Positions 37,850 through 49,070 of a DNA stretch of 64,000 nucleotides are shown here, piece by piece. The stretch comes from Callorhinchus milii (taxonomy: Eukaryota): assembly GCF_018977255.1 (NCBI RefSeq), contig NW_024704743.1, positions 14,448,001-14,512,000 on the forward strand, given 5' to 3'. Both the position numbers and the translations under genes were made by a program. The first letter of the stretch is position 1, and the number at the start of each line of letters is the position of its first letter. The notes under the pieces were generated by a model. That model did no database searches. It was not told the DNA's origin and worked only from the letters and a program-made list of their open reading frames with translations.

Positions 37850-39097
37850 CGTTAGGTATATTTCTTGCAAAACACCCACCCTATTCGCCCTAAGTTACTT
37901 TTTAAGTGAGTCTAGCGTTTTTATGTGCTACAACCTTGAGATAAGATAATTCACAGAGACAATGGATAAATCAAAGAGTTAATTTATTAATCAGCAAGAC
38001 AGTTACTAAACTGTTATAAGCTTCATACTTACAACTGCAGAAGATGGTTCAAGACAGACTGATCTCGACCTTCCTTGGGGTCACCAACACACCAATAATC
38101 CTTTGGCTAATTGTTTAGACACGAACCCACGCAGCCCATGGGATCCAGTATCTCACAGTGTCTAACTGTGTCTAACAATGTCCCAATGGTATCCCACCAT
38201 GTCCCAACAGTGTCCAATTTTGCAACATTTGTTTAGGTCTTTTATACCCCAATGTTCGGACACATGATGATGAAATAACAAGGTGTAGCCAGAGGCCATT
38301 CCACCCAATCAAAGTTCACAGTTTGATTGTCCAATCATATTCCTGAATTGTTCCATCCAATCATCTTTCCACACACAGGAGGCCCCAAGTTTATCAAGGT
38401 TTAAATCTCAGGAATTTGGGAGTTCCTCTGAAAGGTTAGACAGTTAATTGTCCTTCCTTGAAACCTTCACCTCGTAAAACCCTTTCAAGATCTCGTCCAA
38501 GCGGACTGCAAGGCACCAAGAGTTCCATTAATCAGGACAATGTCAGATTAACTCAAAGCCACACATTTCTGATCTTGTGAATGTTCACTTTTGGGTCTTC
38601 TTAGTTGGTTGTAGAGTCTCTTGTATCAAGACAATGTCCATTTAATTTAATTGAGATATAATGTCCGACCATTCTTCCAAATAAGGAAAGGTATAACACC
38701 TATCCATCAAGTCTTCATCAAACATACCACAGAACCCCCAAAACACAGACCTCACTCCACTTGGTTCAAATTCTCTCTCCCATATTCCTTAAGATCAATC
38801 AAGATTGTCCCAGTTCTTTACATACACTTTGGGGTATCAAGCAACCATGGTAAAAGCTTTTATTTGTTAATTGTCTTCGAGTAAATAAGTACTTCTTTAA
38901 AGCATGAAATTGCCTCTTGCAACCTTATACCTTTGTCTTTTCCTACCCACCATCTCATTTCTTCTTTAGTGACACCATCTTGAGGAGCCAGAAACCCTCA
39001 AGGACCTTGAAAGACCTTGGCATGGGAGCCCAGACACTGAGTTCTGGGAAGCTACTCGACTAAGGGTGTATCGCAATAGAGTCCAATACTGTCCACA
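37850..39097 (-). mobile_element. Probable retroviral LTR (~1.25 kb)
   Basis: Minus-strand order: purine tract AGACAGGGAGG then TGTGG (39097); CCAATCA x3 (38305, 38331, 38357 on +); TATAAAA (38246-38240); GTAAGT (38032-38027); AATAAA (37988-37983); GT-rich tract. Ends are uncertain and there is no clean TSD. Confidence 0.6.
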
Positions 39098-41079
39098 CCT
39101 CCCTGTCTACTGAGGTTACTTCTTCTGTTGATGTTGTTTCTCTTTTTTAAAAAACTTTGCTCTCTTGTTCCTTCCAAAGTATAAATATGTTATCTTATAC
39201 TGTCTCTTCCTTTTCTAAAGTTGTCCAGGGTGCTACCCTGAGTGAAGGGCCTATATAAATGCATGTTGTTGCGTTGTTTTTGGAATACTCACTAGAATCA
39301 AACCTATTCACACTATCGCACTCACTCACTAATCACTCATGCCCAATACTGTGAAAGCCCTTATCTCACTCAACCTCCCTTCCCCTACCCCACCTCTCCT
39401 CTTATAATCTAAAGTATTTAAAACTCAAGCTTGGTGTCAGCTAACCACTTTTATGTTACTTATCTTATTTCTTCTGCTTCTCTTTTCAGTTTTGGTGCTG
39501 ACGTAAGCCTTGACCCTTCACTTGGATTTTTTTAAAACCAGAAAACAATAAAAGAAATAATAAAATGTGTTTTGAGATCAACATAGGGTCATAGTGAGTC
39601 TATCAGGATAAATAAAAGTTAATGAAATGGCTGCAGCTTCAGGATACACCCACGTCCTCTTGACACAGAGGACAGCACTACCAAATGAGGCAAGCTAACA
39701 CGTCAAGCAAGATCAGTATCACTGAACCCAATATCCTCTTGGTCAAATGGTTTGGGTGATTTGAAATCACTCAACACCCTGTGAGTTTCCCCTCCACCTA
39801 TTCTCTGTTAAATGGAAGCATTGCAAATCAAATCAAATGCTAGCATTTTATAGATTGAAACCATTGATTTTTGATGAATTTGCAATAGGAGTCACAGAAA
39901 TATTGAAAGAATTATTTTGGTACAACTCAATTTCATCTCCATTTCCCACCAGAGATCTGATGGATGGGGAGAGAAGAATAATTGACTACGTGCGAGATTC
40001 ACTATTTTCAGTTCCTGATGCCCTCTTTCCCCCTGATAAAGTGGATTTTCACCTTTTTAAATTATTAACTGCAATACATTTTCGCTTGTGAATAATTTGA
40101 TTCAAACATTAGCTCTTGTTCTCCTCAATAATTTACTGAACCTCGTTGAGATGGCAACTACTGGGTATCATTTAGTAAGATTTTCAGACTTTGTTTGTGA
40201 AAGGCTTTTAATGTTAAGGCTTATAGAATTGTAAATTTGTGGGTTGGATTCAAAATCGGCAAAGCAATGGATGTGATGATAAGTAACAAAAAATTCCATA
40301 AGAAGAAGGGAGATGGAATTATGTGACCATCTGTTCTAGATGCCTGCTGTTTGCAATATGTGTAACTTATTTGGAGGAGAGTANTTTTTGTAATATAAAA
40401 TTGTGCCCAGCTATGAGGCATGGTGATAAATTTTTTAAAAAAGCTAAATAATAGCCCAGGACCAACTAAGCAGGGTACTGATAATGCAGTAAATACATTA
40501 TACAAGTCGTGCTATTATACTGATACTAATAATCTTTTTTAATTGATATTGTGCCTAGTGAATTGATAACTTGCAGTACTTTACAGGTAGTAACTGTCAT
40601 GTGCAGTGACTATTTGTGGCAAAGAAGCATGAAATTAATAATAATAATAATAATATTATTAATTGCTGTTCTCGGACACCAAGTTAAACCTTCATAAACC
40701 CCCGTTTGCTCAAAAAATACTGCAGTAAGGATTATGAAGATCTTTAATCTGGCACCCCCTAGAATGGTGATTTCATACTTCACCAGATACCAGCTGAAAA
40801 ATTATTTCAAGGTTTAGATTGTGTGTAAGAGAGTGTATGAGTGAGAGAGTGATTGAGAGAAAAAGAGGGAGTAGAGTGATTGAGACAGAGACAGAGAGAG
40901 CACGAGTGAGAAAGGGAAAGAGGGTCAGAGCAGAAAGAGAGACATGAGAGCAATGTTTTGTGTTTCACTATCAGGACAGACGATTAGAGCCTCCCTCAGC
41001 TGTTGCAGGGTGGATCGAGGAGAGACACAATGTGCCATACCATACAGTTTCCTCACAGCAAGCTCCCTCTTTCCACAGT

Positions 41080-41440
41080 GAGAAACTCCTCCTCATTGTT
41101 CATACCCCCTTTCCCACCCTACCTCTGCAACTTCCCAAAACCAGCCATGCCTTTTCCCCAGCAAACACCAGCTTGCTTCATGTCCCCCATACCGTCTTCC
41201 TCACCATCGCCATTTTGCCCCTGCTCTCTGGAGCTCCATTCCCGGAGTTCCTCCGACTCCCTCCCTCCCCTCTTTTACGGCACGTCAAGACCTAACTCTT
41301 TGACCACGCTTTAGGTCATCTTTTCCCCTCCCCATCCCACCTCTCTCAGCTCCCACCCCCAGCTCAGGTGCCTATCTGACAGTGTTGAGCGCTTTGAGAC
41401 GTCCTTCCAACGTGAAAAAGGTGCTGTGTAAATGTTGTTC
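41080..41440 (+). mobile_element. Old L2 3' fragment
   Basis: C-rich ORF2 end plus GCGCTTTGAGACGTCCTTCCAACGTGAAA tail. Confidence 0.8.
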
Positions 41441-42160
41441 TGTTTCTGGAAACCTATGCGACCCACGAATGTGTCTCAAATAGGGCATCCGGCCCTCGGC
41501 AACCAGAATGTTGGCACATCCTGCTCTAGAGAATAGACAATTGAGGGGGAAGGGAGAAAATCCAGGTCTTTCAATTGCTGAGAAGCCTTTGTGATCTAAG
41601 TGTAAGCAGGGTATTTGATTTAAGTCACATGGACAAATATAATTGAGACAGATATAAAATTAACAAGGTCTAGGGAGAGAAAGGATAAGAAATATTTTTG
41701 TTACCAAGTAATGAATGTATGGAACAGATTCCGAGCAAAATTGACTCAATACAGAGTAAATAAATCCAGCGAAAAGGAGCTGGATAATTATCTGATCAGC
41801 AATAGAATTGAATATCATTCACACTAATATAGTCTGAGAAGTTCAAATACTGTAAAGGGCATTCGAGTATTTGATTTGTGCAACAGGACCGGGAAGGAAA
41901 TGATTGTCAACAGTGGAAGACAAGCAGCCGGATGTATAATAAAGAAATAGGATTGATTGAATATTCTGCACTATTATGTAATTATGTTTGCAGATTATGG
42001 TGTATTTCTGGAGACATTCCCTCTGTTGATGAAAGCGAAAGGGTAGGTTTGATGATAAGGTTCATGAACAGTTGGGCCAAGTGGCCTTTATATGCTCCAT
42101 GCTTACTTTTGAATATCCTACCAGAGTGAGAACAAGTTATCTCCACAAACTGCTATGAAG

Positions 42161-44135
42161 CAACAAAAACAAAATTGCATTTGTATAGCGCTTTCACATC
42201 GGGAGGATGTACCAAGGTGCTGGACAGTCAGAGTTTCGGACCTGAGCTGGGGGTTGGGTTTGTCGAGGGTGGAGGGCAGGGGCGAAGCAGGGTGGTCGAA
42301 AGCACGGTCAAAAAGGAGGGTCTTGAGATGGGTCTTGAAGGAGGCAAGGGAGGGGGAGAGGTGGAGGAACTGCAGGATGGAGTTCCAGAAGGTGGGGACA
42401 GAGTGGCAGAATGGCCGCCAGCCAATGGTGGGGCGGGCGAGGCATAGGACGTGAAGCAGCCCGGAGCCTGCTGAGCGGAGGGAGCGGGCAAGATGGTGGG
42501 AGGTTAGGAGGTCACAGAGGTAGGGGAAGCAAGACCATGGAGGGCTTTGAAGGTGAGGACCAGGATCTTGAACTGCATCCTCTGTGTGATGGGAAGCCAG
42601 TGGAGTTGGGCAAGGATGGGGGTGATAGGTTCACAGAGGCTGGTGCAGAAGAGGACACGGGCTGCAGAGTTCTGGATGATCTGCAGCCTATGGAGGGAGG
42701 AGTTGGGGAGGCCGACAAGCAAGGAGTTTGCATAGTCAAACTTCGATGTAATGAATGTGTCTATGAGGGTTTCGATGGCCTGCGATTTGAGATAGTGGCT
42801 GAGCCGGGTGATGTTGCGGAGGTGGAGGAAGGCAGAGAGGGTCATGGCATGGATGTGGGGTACAAAGGCTAGTTGCAGATTAAACAAAACACCAAAGTTC
42901 TGGACTGGCTTAGTAAGGTGGAGTGTGCATCCATGGATGGTGATGCTGTCAGTGCCTGAGGCGCTGACGGGAGCCAATCGGGAGAGTCTTGTTGATGTCC
43001 AACTAAAGAAACTCAGCTCTTATTCAAAATTGATGTCTGACAGACATTCTGTCAGGACAGCAGTGGTCCTGGAGTCAAGGGTGGAGGCAGAGAGATAGAG
43101 TTGGGTGTCATCAGCATACATGTGGAAGTTGACCCTATGTCTGTGGATGATGTCACCAAGATAGCATATAGATATTGAAGAGGAAGGGACAGAGCCCTGA
43201 GGAACGCCGCACAAGATGGTGTGAGGGCTAGAGGAGAAACTGTTTGCAGAGGTGAAGTGGAGGCGGTGTGAGAGTTACAATCTGAACCAGTCAAGAACCA
43301 GGGCTGTTTCTGTGCTGTGGGCAGCACGGAAACCTGATTGAAAGGGTTTGTGAAGGGAGTGGCGGGAGAGGAAGGAGCAAAGCTGGGAAGCAACAACTTG
43401 TTCCAGGACCTTGGAGAGGAAAGGGAAGTTGGAGATGGGGGCAGAAGTTTGAGGGAAAAGTTGGAGGGGTGATAAGGGGTAAGATGCTCAAAGTAGGGAA
43501 GGTTCCAGAGGAATAAGGGGATAGGCCAAGTGGGGACCGGGAGAAGAGAACCACTCTGCGAACATGGCAGTTACGTCGAGGGATATGATGGAAGGTGTAG
43601 CCGGGTAGTGTGGCCTCTATCAGCGGGAAGGTGTTGACTGGTGTGATCCAGGTTTCAGTGAGGGTGAGAATGTTGATGTTTTCGTTGACAATGAGGTTTT
43701 GGATGATGAGTGTTTTATTGCAGAGGGAGCGGACATTTTGTAGGCCAATGCAGAGGGAACAGGTGGTGGTGGAATGTGGGGCATGAGGTGGGGGAGGGGG
43801 AGGACTGACAGGGAAGGTTGCGATGTGGATGAGGAAGGAGAGGTTGGCCTCTGTGGTCAGGGTGCGATGGGCCTTTGGCGAGAATGGGGGATAGGGCAAA
43901 CAGAGTGGCTGTTGTTGGACAGCCAACACCGTCTGCCACAGTAGGCCTGATGGAGGATTCACAGGCTGGAGCAGAGGGAGGCTGTGGGAAGATCAAGGAG
44001 GGTTAGGAGTCAGGGGAGGACGGTGAGAGAGGAGGACCGAGCGGGAGTAACGGAGGGTAGAGGACAGGGGTGGGAGCTTTTTAGGGAAGCAGCTCGAGTT
44101 GGTGGCTCACCGAGACTAAGAGCGAACAGAGGAGT
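42161..44135 (-). mobile_element. L2 LINE retaining the 5' region and endonuclease, with large internal deletions
   Basis: APE endonuclease motifs 'GLQNVRSLCNK..ILTLTETWI..PGYTFHHIPR'; RT '[18 protein letters not shown]'; ORF2 end and tail. Confidence 0.92.
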
Positions 44136-45470
44136 GGAGTATCAGCTTGGCATGGTTAGCCCACTGGCATGGATCATCATGGGGAGAGAGGACACTCTTA
44201 TAGTCCCAAAGAGTCAGGTCAATGTATATTATTTCTGATCCTGTGATGAGCCAGATCGATGGAGGAAATTAGATCAGAGGTTAGTAATTTCCACACAAGA
44301 ATTGTGTGTGTGGTGGTGGGGGTGGGGGGACTGAACAGCAAACCAGCCCACAAGCTCTTGTGCACTTTGTAAAGTGGCATTTGAAAACATATAGTGGCTG
44401 GTCATCTAACCACTCCTTAGTCGGGGAATATGTAGGATATTATGAAGAGAAGATGCGAAGAGAAGGAAATAAAATAAAACTGACCAAATGTTATTTAATA
44501 AACGGATATGAGTAATCCAAAAACCACAAATGAGCTCATTCACCTTTTCCAAGCCTTGTTTTGATTTGTGCCTGAAAATTGTGCACAATGAGACCGTCAC
44601 ACACAAGCGAGCTGTTTCCCAAGGCAACATTAATAAGGTCTATTTCTGTAGAATATATCAAAGAACAGAACTGCCACTTCTGTCAATGCTGGGCTGAGCT
44701 GCACACTGGCAAACGACTGGTGCAAGATGTAACATTCTGTTCTGTCTTCTGTTTGTCACCATTCCCGCTAATTAGCATGAAAATGTCAGGAAGGATAGAG
44801 CTCCTTGGGGCCGTGACAAGCTGTCAATTTGGAATAAAACAATCTGAATACGCTGTACTCAGTGCTATGATTATGACTGATTAGAATAGCAGTCATGGAG
44901 TTTTAAAAAAAACTCCCATACGGTAATTATCAACAAATCTGCATCAATACATTTTGGGTCAGCTTGCCTCAGTCACTCGGGACTGCATCCCATGGTATTT
45001 CAAATTAACCCTTTGAGTCATGCATTTTATTTCCCACATTGCATAACCTCTACAAGATGAAGCATGACGAATGTGTGATTCTCAGAAAGGAAGGAAGCAA
45101 GCAAGAAAGAAAGAACCTGCATTTTATAGTGCATTATCACATTGAAATGTCTCACAATTAATTATCAAGTGTAGTAACTGAATTAGTAATCAAACACAGC
45201 AGCCTTTTGTACTAGCAAAGTCACACAAACAGTCATGAGATGAATTATCAGTTTATCTGGAGGATTGTTATACCAGGATTCTAGACGAAACTCCCTTCCC
45301 TTTTTGAATGATGTAACATAATGGGGTATTTAACATCTACCTGAAAACAGGTGGATGGGATCTCAGGTTAGTATTACATCCTATGGATTGCCCCTTCAAC
45401 AACAGGGTTCTTCACCAGTCCACATTGTATGTTGAGCCCATAGTCTAAAATGACACTCCAGTGCAGTGCT

Positions 45471-45640
45471 TCTATATTAATAAAGACAAAGTATCTGTCT
45501 CTCTGTGTGTCAGTGTATCTGACAATCACGCAATAACATGATTTATACCTCATTGGAAAGGTCTTGCATCTGGCAGTGTCATGTGGATATTTTTATTGGG
45601 GGGATCTCCTATCGTTGATGAGCTATATTAAAAAATGCTT
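45471..45640 (+). mobile_element. Possible non-autonomous Helitron-like 5' fragment
   Basis: TCTATATTAATAAAGACAAAGTATCTGTCTCTCTGTGTGTC start and CATTGGAAAGGTCTTG motif resemble Helitron/Helentron 5' ends. No 3' hairpin or CTRR end seen. Confidence 0.35.
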
Positions 45641-45853
45641 CAATTAAGCCCCCAAATATGAGGTATGCAACATATTCTACAACTGTGTAGCAACAGAGGA
45701 AAGCATACACCATTCAGAGAGATACATCTATATTCTGCAACAAATGTATGCTACTTTTTTCTGGTTATCATAGGAGCTCGAGTCCTCCCATGTGGGAGAG
45801 ACTGAGAGAAAGACAGAAAGAGAGAGACTGAGAGAGAGATAGACTGATAGACT

Positions 45854-46176
45854 GTGGAGTCCTATAGCTCAGTGGTTAGAGCACTCGCTTTGCAAGCGAG
45901 AGACCTGAGTTCAATTCCAGGCAGGGCGAAACCTTGGGCAAGTTTCCTTACTCCACACAGAGCCTAATAATAATCCCTCCAAAACCCAAATCAATAATAA
46001 ATTGGTCATTTTCAATCTACGACTGTTTATGGGACACTGCTGTGCGCAATTGGTTGCCGCGTTCGCCCACAAATATACAGTCAATTCACTTTACAGTATA
46101 TTCTGTGAAGCGCTTTGGGACGTCCTCCCGACGTGAAAAGCGCTATATCAAATGCAAGGATTATTATTATTATTAT
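45854..46176 (+). mobile_element. Young tRNA(Ala)-headed Deu SINE inside a GA-rich repeat
   Basis: Full head and tail; GAGA/GACT repeats on both sides. Confidence 0.95.
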
Positions 46177-48263
46177 AGAGAGAAACAGGAGAGAGAAACA
46201 GAGAGACTGAGGGAGACTGTGAGAAAAAATAAGTCTTCAAAAAATAAAAAAAAAGTCTTCAATCACGATGTGACAAGTGTCAGCTTGCACTATGAACTCA
46301 AGTCACCATGTGGGACTTGAACTTGTAACTCTGGGCAAAATTCAAGGCAGATGGGACCTTGATTTAACATCTCAGCCGATAAATTGCACCTCCAAAAATC
46401 ACAGCACTCCCCCAGCAACGTTCTGGAATGTCAGCCTCCTAGACTGTGAGTTCAAAGCCCCAACTTGCATCTTTGCGTTCCACTCCTCTGTTCTGAGAAC
46501 AAGGAGCAATTGTCATATATATATATATATATACTTGTATAATGGACAAAAAATGAAGCACTTGTCGAAAATGTGTTGAACATCTTGGTAATTCTTGTTG
46601 CACTAACATTCCTGTATGATTGTAGCCAGGTAGCAGCAGAACAGCCACAGATGTAACAAATTCTTCTAGTCTTTATTTTCAAAGCTTTGCAAAGCATGGC
46701 ACTGTGAAAACAGATAACAGAGATAGGGGAGAGTTAAAGTGTCACCAAATCCTTTATGAGGACGGTGTCACCATACAATGGACGTGAAAGGCGCTATAAA
46801 AATATAATTTGTTGTTCTTGTCTGCGAATTGTGTCTCTGAAGAAGATGAACGAGCTGAATGTTAATTTATGGGAATCTTATTAAGTTTTACTCCATGCTT
46901 TCTGCAGGGCTCTGTTCAGTTTTTACAGTTTGAGCTTTCTATAGAGTGATTATCAATCAAAGCACAATTATTGTGTCTCAAAAATCTCTTCCCCCTAAAG
47001 CTATTCTGCACTGCTTTCTCAGTACTGCCGAACATTGGCCTCCAATTTTAAGTTTTTTTTTCAAAATTGCACACGATGTTGCATTTTAAAGAGTGATCTT
47101 GAGCTTAGGATCTTGTGAACTTTTGGATTCCTGGTAATTACATAACTAACCCAATTGGCTGGTTAAAAAAAACTTTGACTAATAAGTGACAGATATCACA
47201 ACTGGACCAGAGAGCATGCAACTATGTGGTCGTTCGTCAGGTTATTTTTGCTGACAATTCAGAAAGGAGACTAGCGGATAAAACTATTACAAATGATTGT
47301 TTTCATACACATCACGTCAGCAATGCAAATCTTTTCAAACAACCACAGCTGCAGCACATTGTCCTGCTGTACTAGAGATCTAGTTACTTCAAAACACATA
47401 ACAGGTTTCACATTTAAGAATGGAATTTATTTTATTGCTTGACACATCTCATCAGAGGCTGAACAGTATTAACTGAATGAAGAGGGCTGTGAGATGGGAA
47501 AACATTTCCACTACTTCTGTTATGTCTTAACCTTGAGTGTGTTTGACTGGATTGAGGAAGTATCTTTTGCATGGGGTGAAGGATGGACAGTTTGGGAAAA
47601 TGTCCGAAGTGTTTCTAATTTGAGTTTGTAAATGATTTCGGCAGGAGTGAATTTTTGTATTGATCAGACATGAGAGGGTTGTGAGTAGAGTAGAGTACGT
47701 CTCACCTTTTTAAATCCAATGTCATGATTAAATCCTTTCTGCACAGCTAAGTAAAACTCTCTTCACTCAACACCAGCCATAGCAATGTATGGGTTTCTAC
47801 AGGCGATCTTGAAAATATGGGCATTTGTGATGGGGACCAGTGCACAATTGCAACTAGGTGCAGACAAGTCGCTTCTGGTTAATGGAGCCTCTATGTTTTA
47901 CTTATCTTAAGAAAGAAAGAGCACAGCACCTTGTGCAGTGTTGTTAAATTACACATTTCATGCCATTACTGTTTTGTGATCAAAACTACATGAATAGAGA
48001 AGAATAAGATGTAATTGGATCACATAGAAATAATAGATGGAGGAATTTGACTCAACAACAACAACAAATTACATTTGTATAGCGCCTTTCACGTTGGTAG
48101 GACATCTCAAGGCACTGGATTCAGTTTCGAATGATTCAGAGTTTGTTACCTGATCTTGAAGGATTTTGGTCTAGATTTGCAAGGATTTTTGCTCTCTTTA
48201 AATTCTGCTTTGGCGTGGCTGTTGGCCGATATTAATGTACAGCATAAGAAAAAACAGTGCGCT

Positions 48264-48277
48264 GTTACCAAGGCAAC
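48264..48277. promoter_or_regulatory. RFX X-box motif
   Basis: GTTACCAAGGCAAC fits the X-box consensus GTNRCC(N0-3)RGYAAC; unique sequence. Confidence 0.45.
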
Positions 48278-48406
48278 CTCGCAAATAAGATTGCTCCGCG
48301 TGTAACAACCACTTATTGACATCGGCATTGTATAAAACTCAGTGTGTGCTATTGAATTACCATGATAATGTAGAAAATTCGGTATTATCTGAAAGGAGCA
48401 GGAGGA

Positions 48407-48533
48407 AATAATAGTTGCCTGCCGCTGGAGCAGGTATGAGGAATGCAAAACTGCAGGGGTACAGATTCAGGTGTGTTCACGAGTCCACAAGGATAAACCT
48501 CTGACAAGCATTTTAGATCAATGCATTCAGCAG
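48407..48533 (+). repeat. 127-bp unique segment duplicated at 49427-49553
   Basis: Direct repeat at an offset of 1020 bp, with 2 mismatches by eye. Confidence 0.95.
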
Positions 48534-49070
48534 TTCAGTGCACCACAAGATGCTTCTTTGAGCCAGGAGTTTTGGAGATGGTTTTCAGAATATGCTTTTG
48601 TGTTGTTGGATACAATAATAAGTTGCTAACAGAATTTCTGATGCTATTGTGCTAGATTAATTAGTGAATTGCATGGGATCACAGTTGTTTCTTGCTAAAT
48701 AAGCAAAGACAACATTTTTTTTACAGTGAGGTGTAGAAATGCTACAGTGGTCCTCAAATGTGCTTTTAATACTGAGATCAGAGTATGAAGAATTGTATGA
48801 TATCAGGGCCTGAAACGTTGGGGAAAATCCCAACTGGGTCTACATTTATTCTGTTAACATAGCATTTCACAGCGTACAGAAATTGGCAAATCGCAAATTC
48901 ACTCATAATTGAAGCCCTTTTTTGTAGATCTTCAAATAATTTACATAAAACTGGCTTAAAAATGAAGGCTATATTGAAGAATTTGCCAATTTCTAGTACT
49001 CTGAAATGAAAGGTGAGTAAATCCAAAGCCAGGTGGAATATCTAGGTTTAGATTTACTCAAGGCAAGTCA

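Noticed and set aside
38156..38217. Short repeated units that superficially resemble an array
   Set aside because: Imperfect ~10-bp tandem repeats without spacers inside the LTR; not CRISPR-like, and the DNA is eukaryotic.
39837..40091. 84-aa ORF in unique sequence
   Set aside because: No recognisable domain and no convincing splice donor; length is within chance.
44579..44884. 101-aa ORF in unique sequence
   Set aside because: No recognisable homology or exon boundaries.
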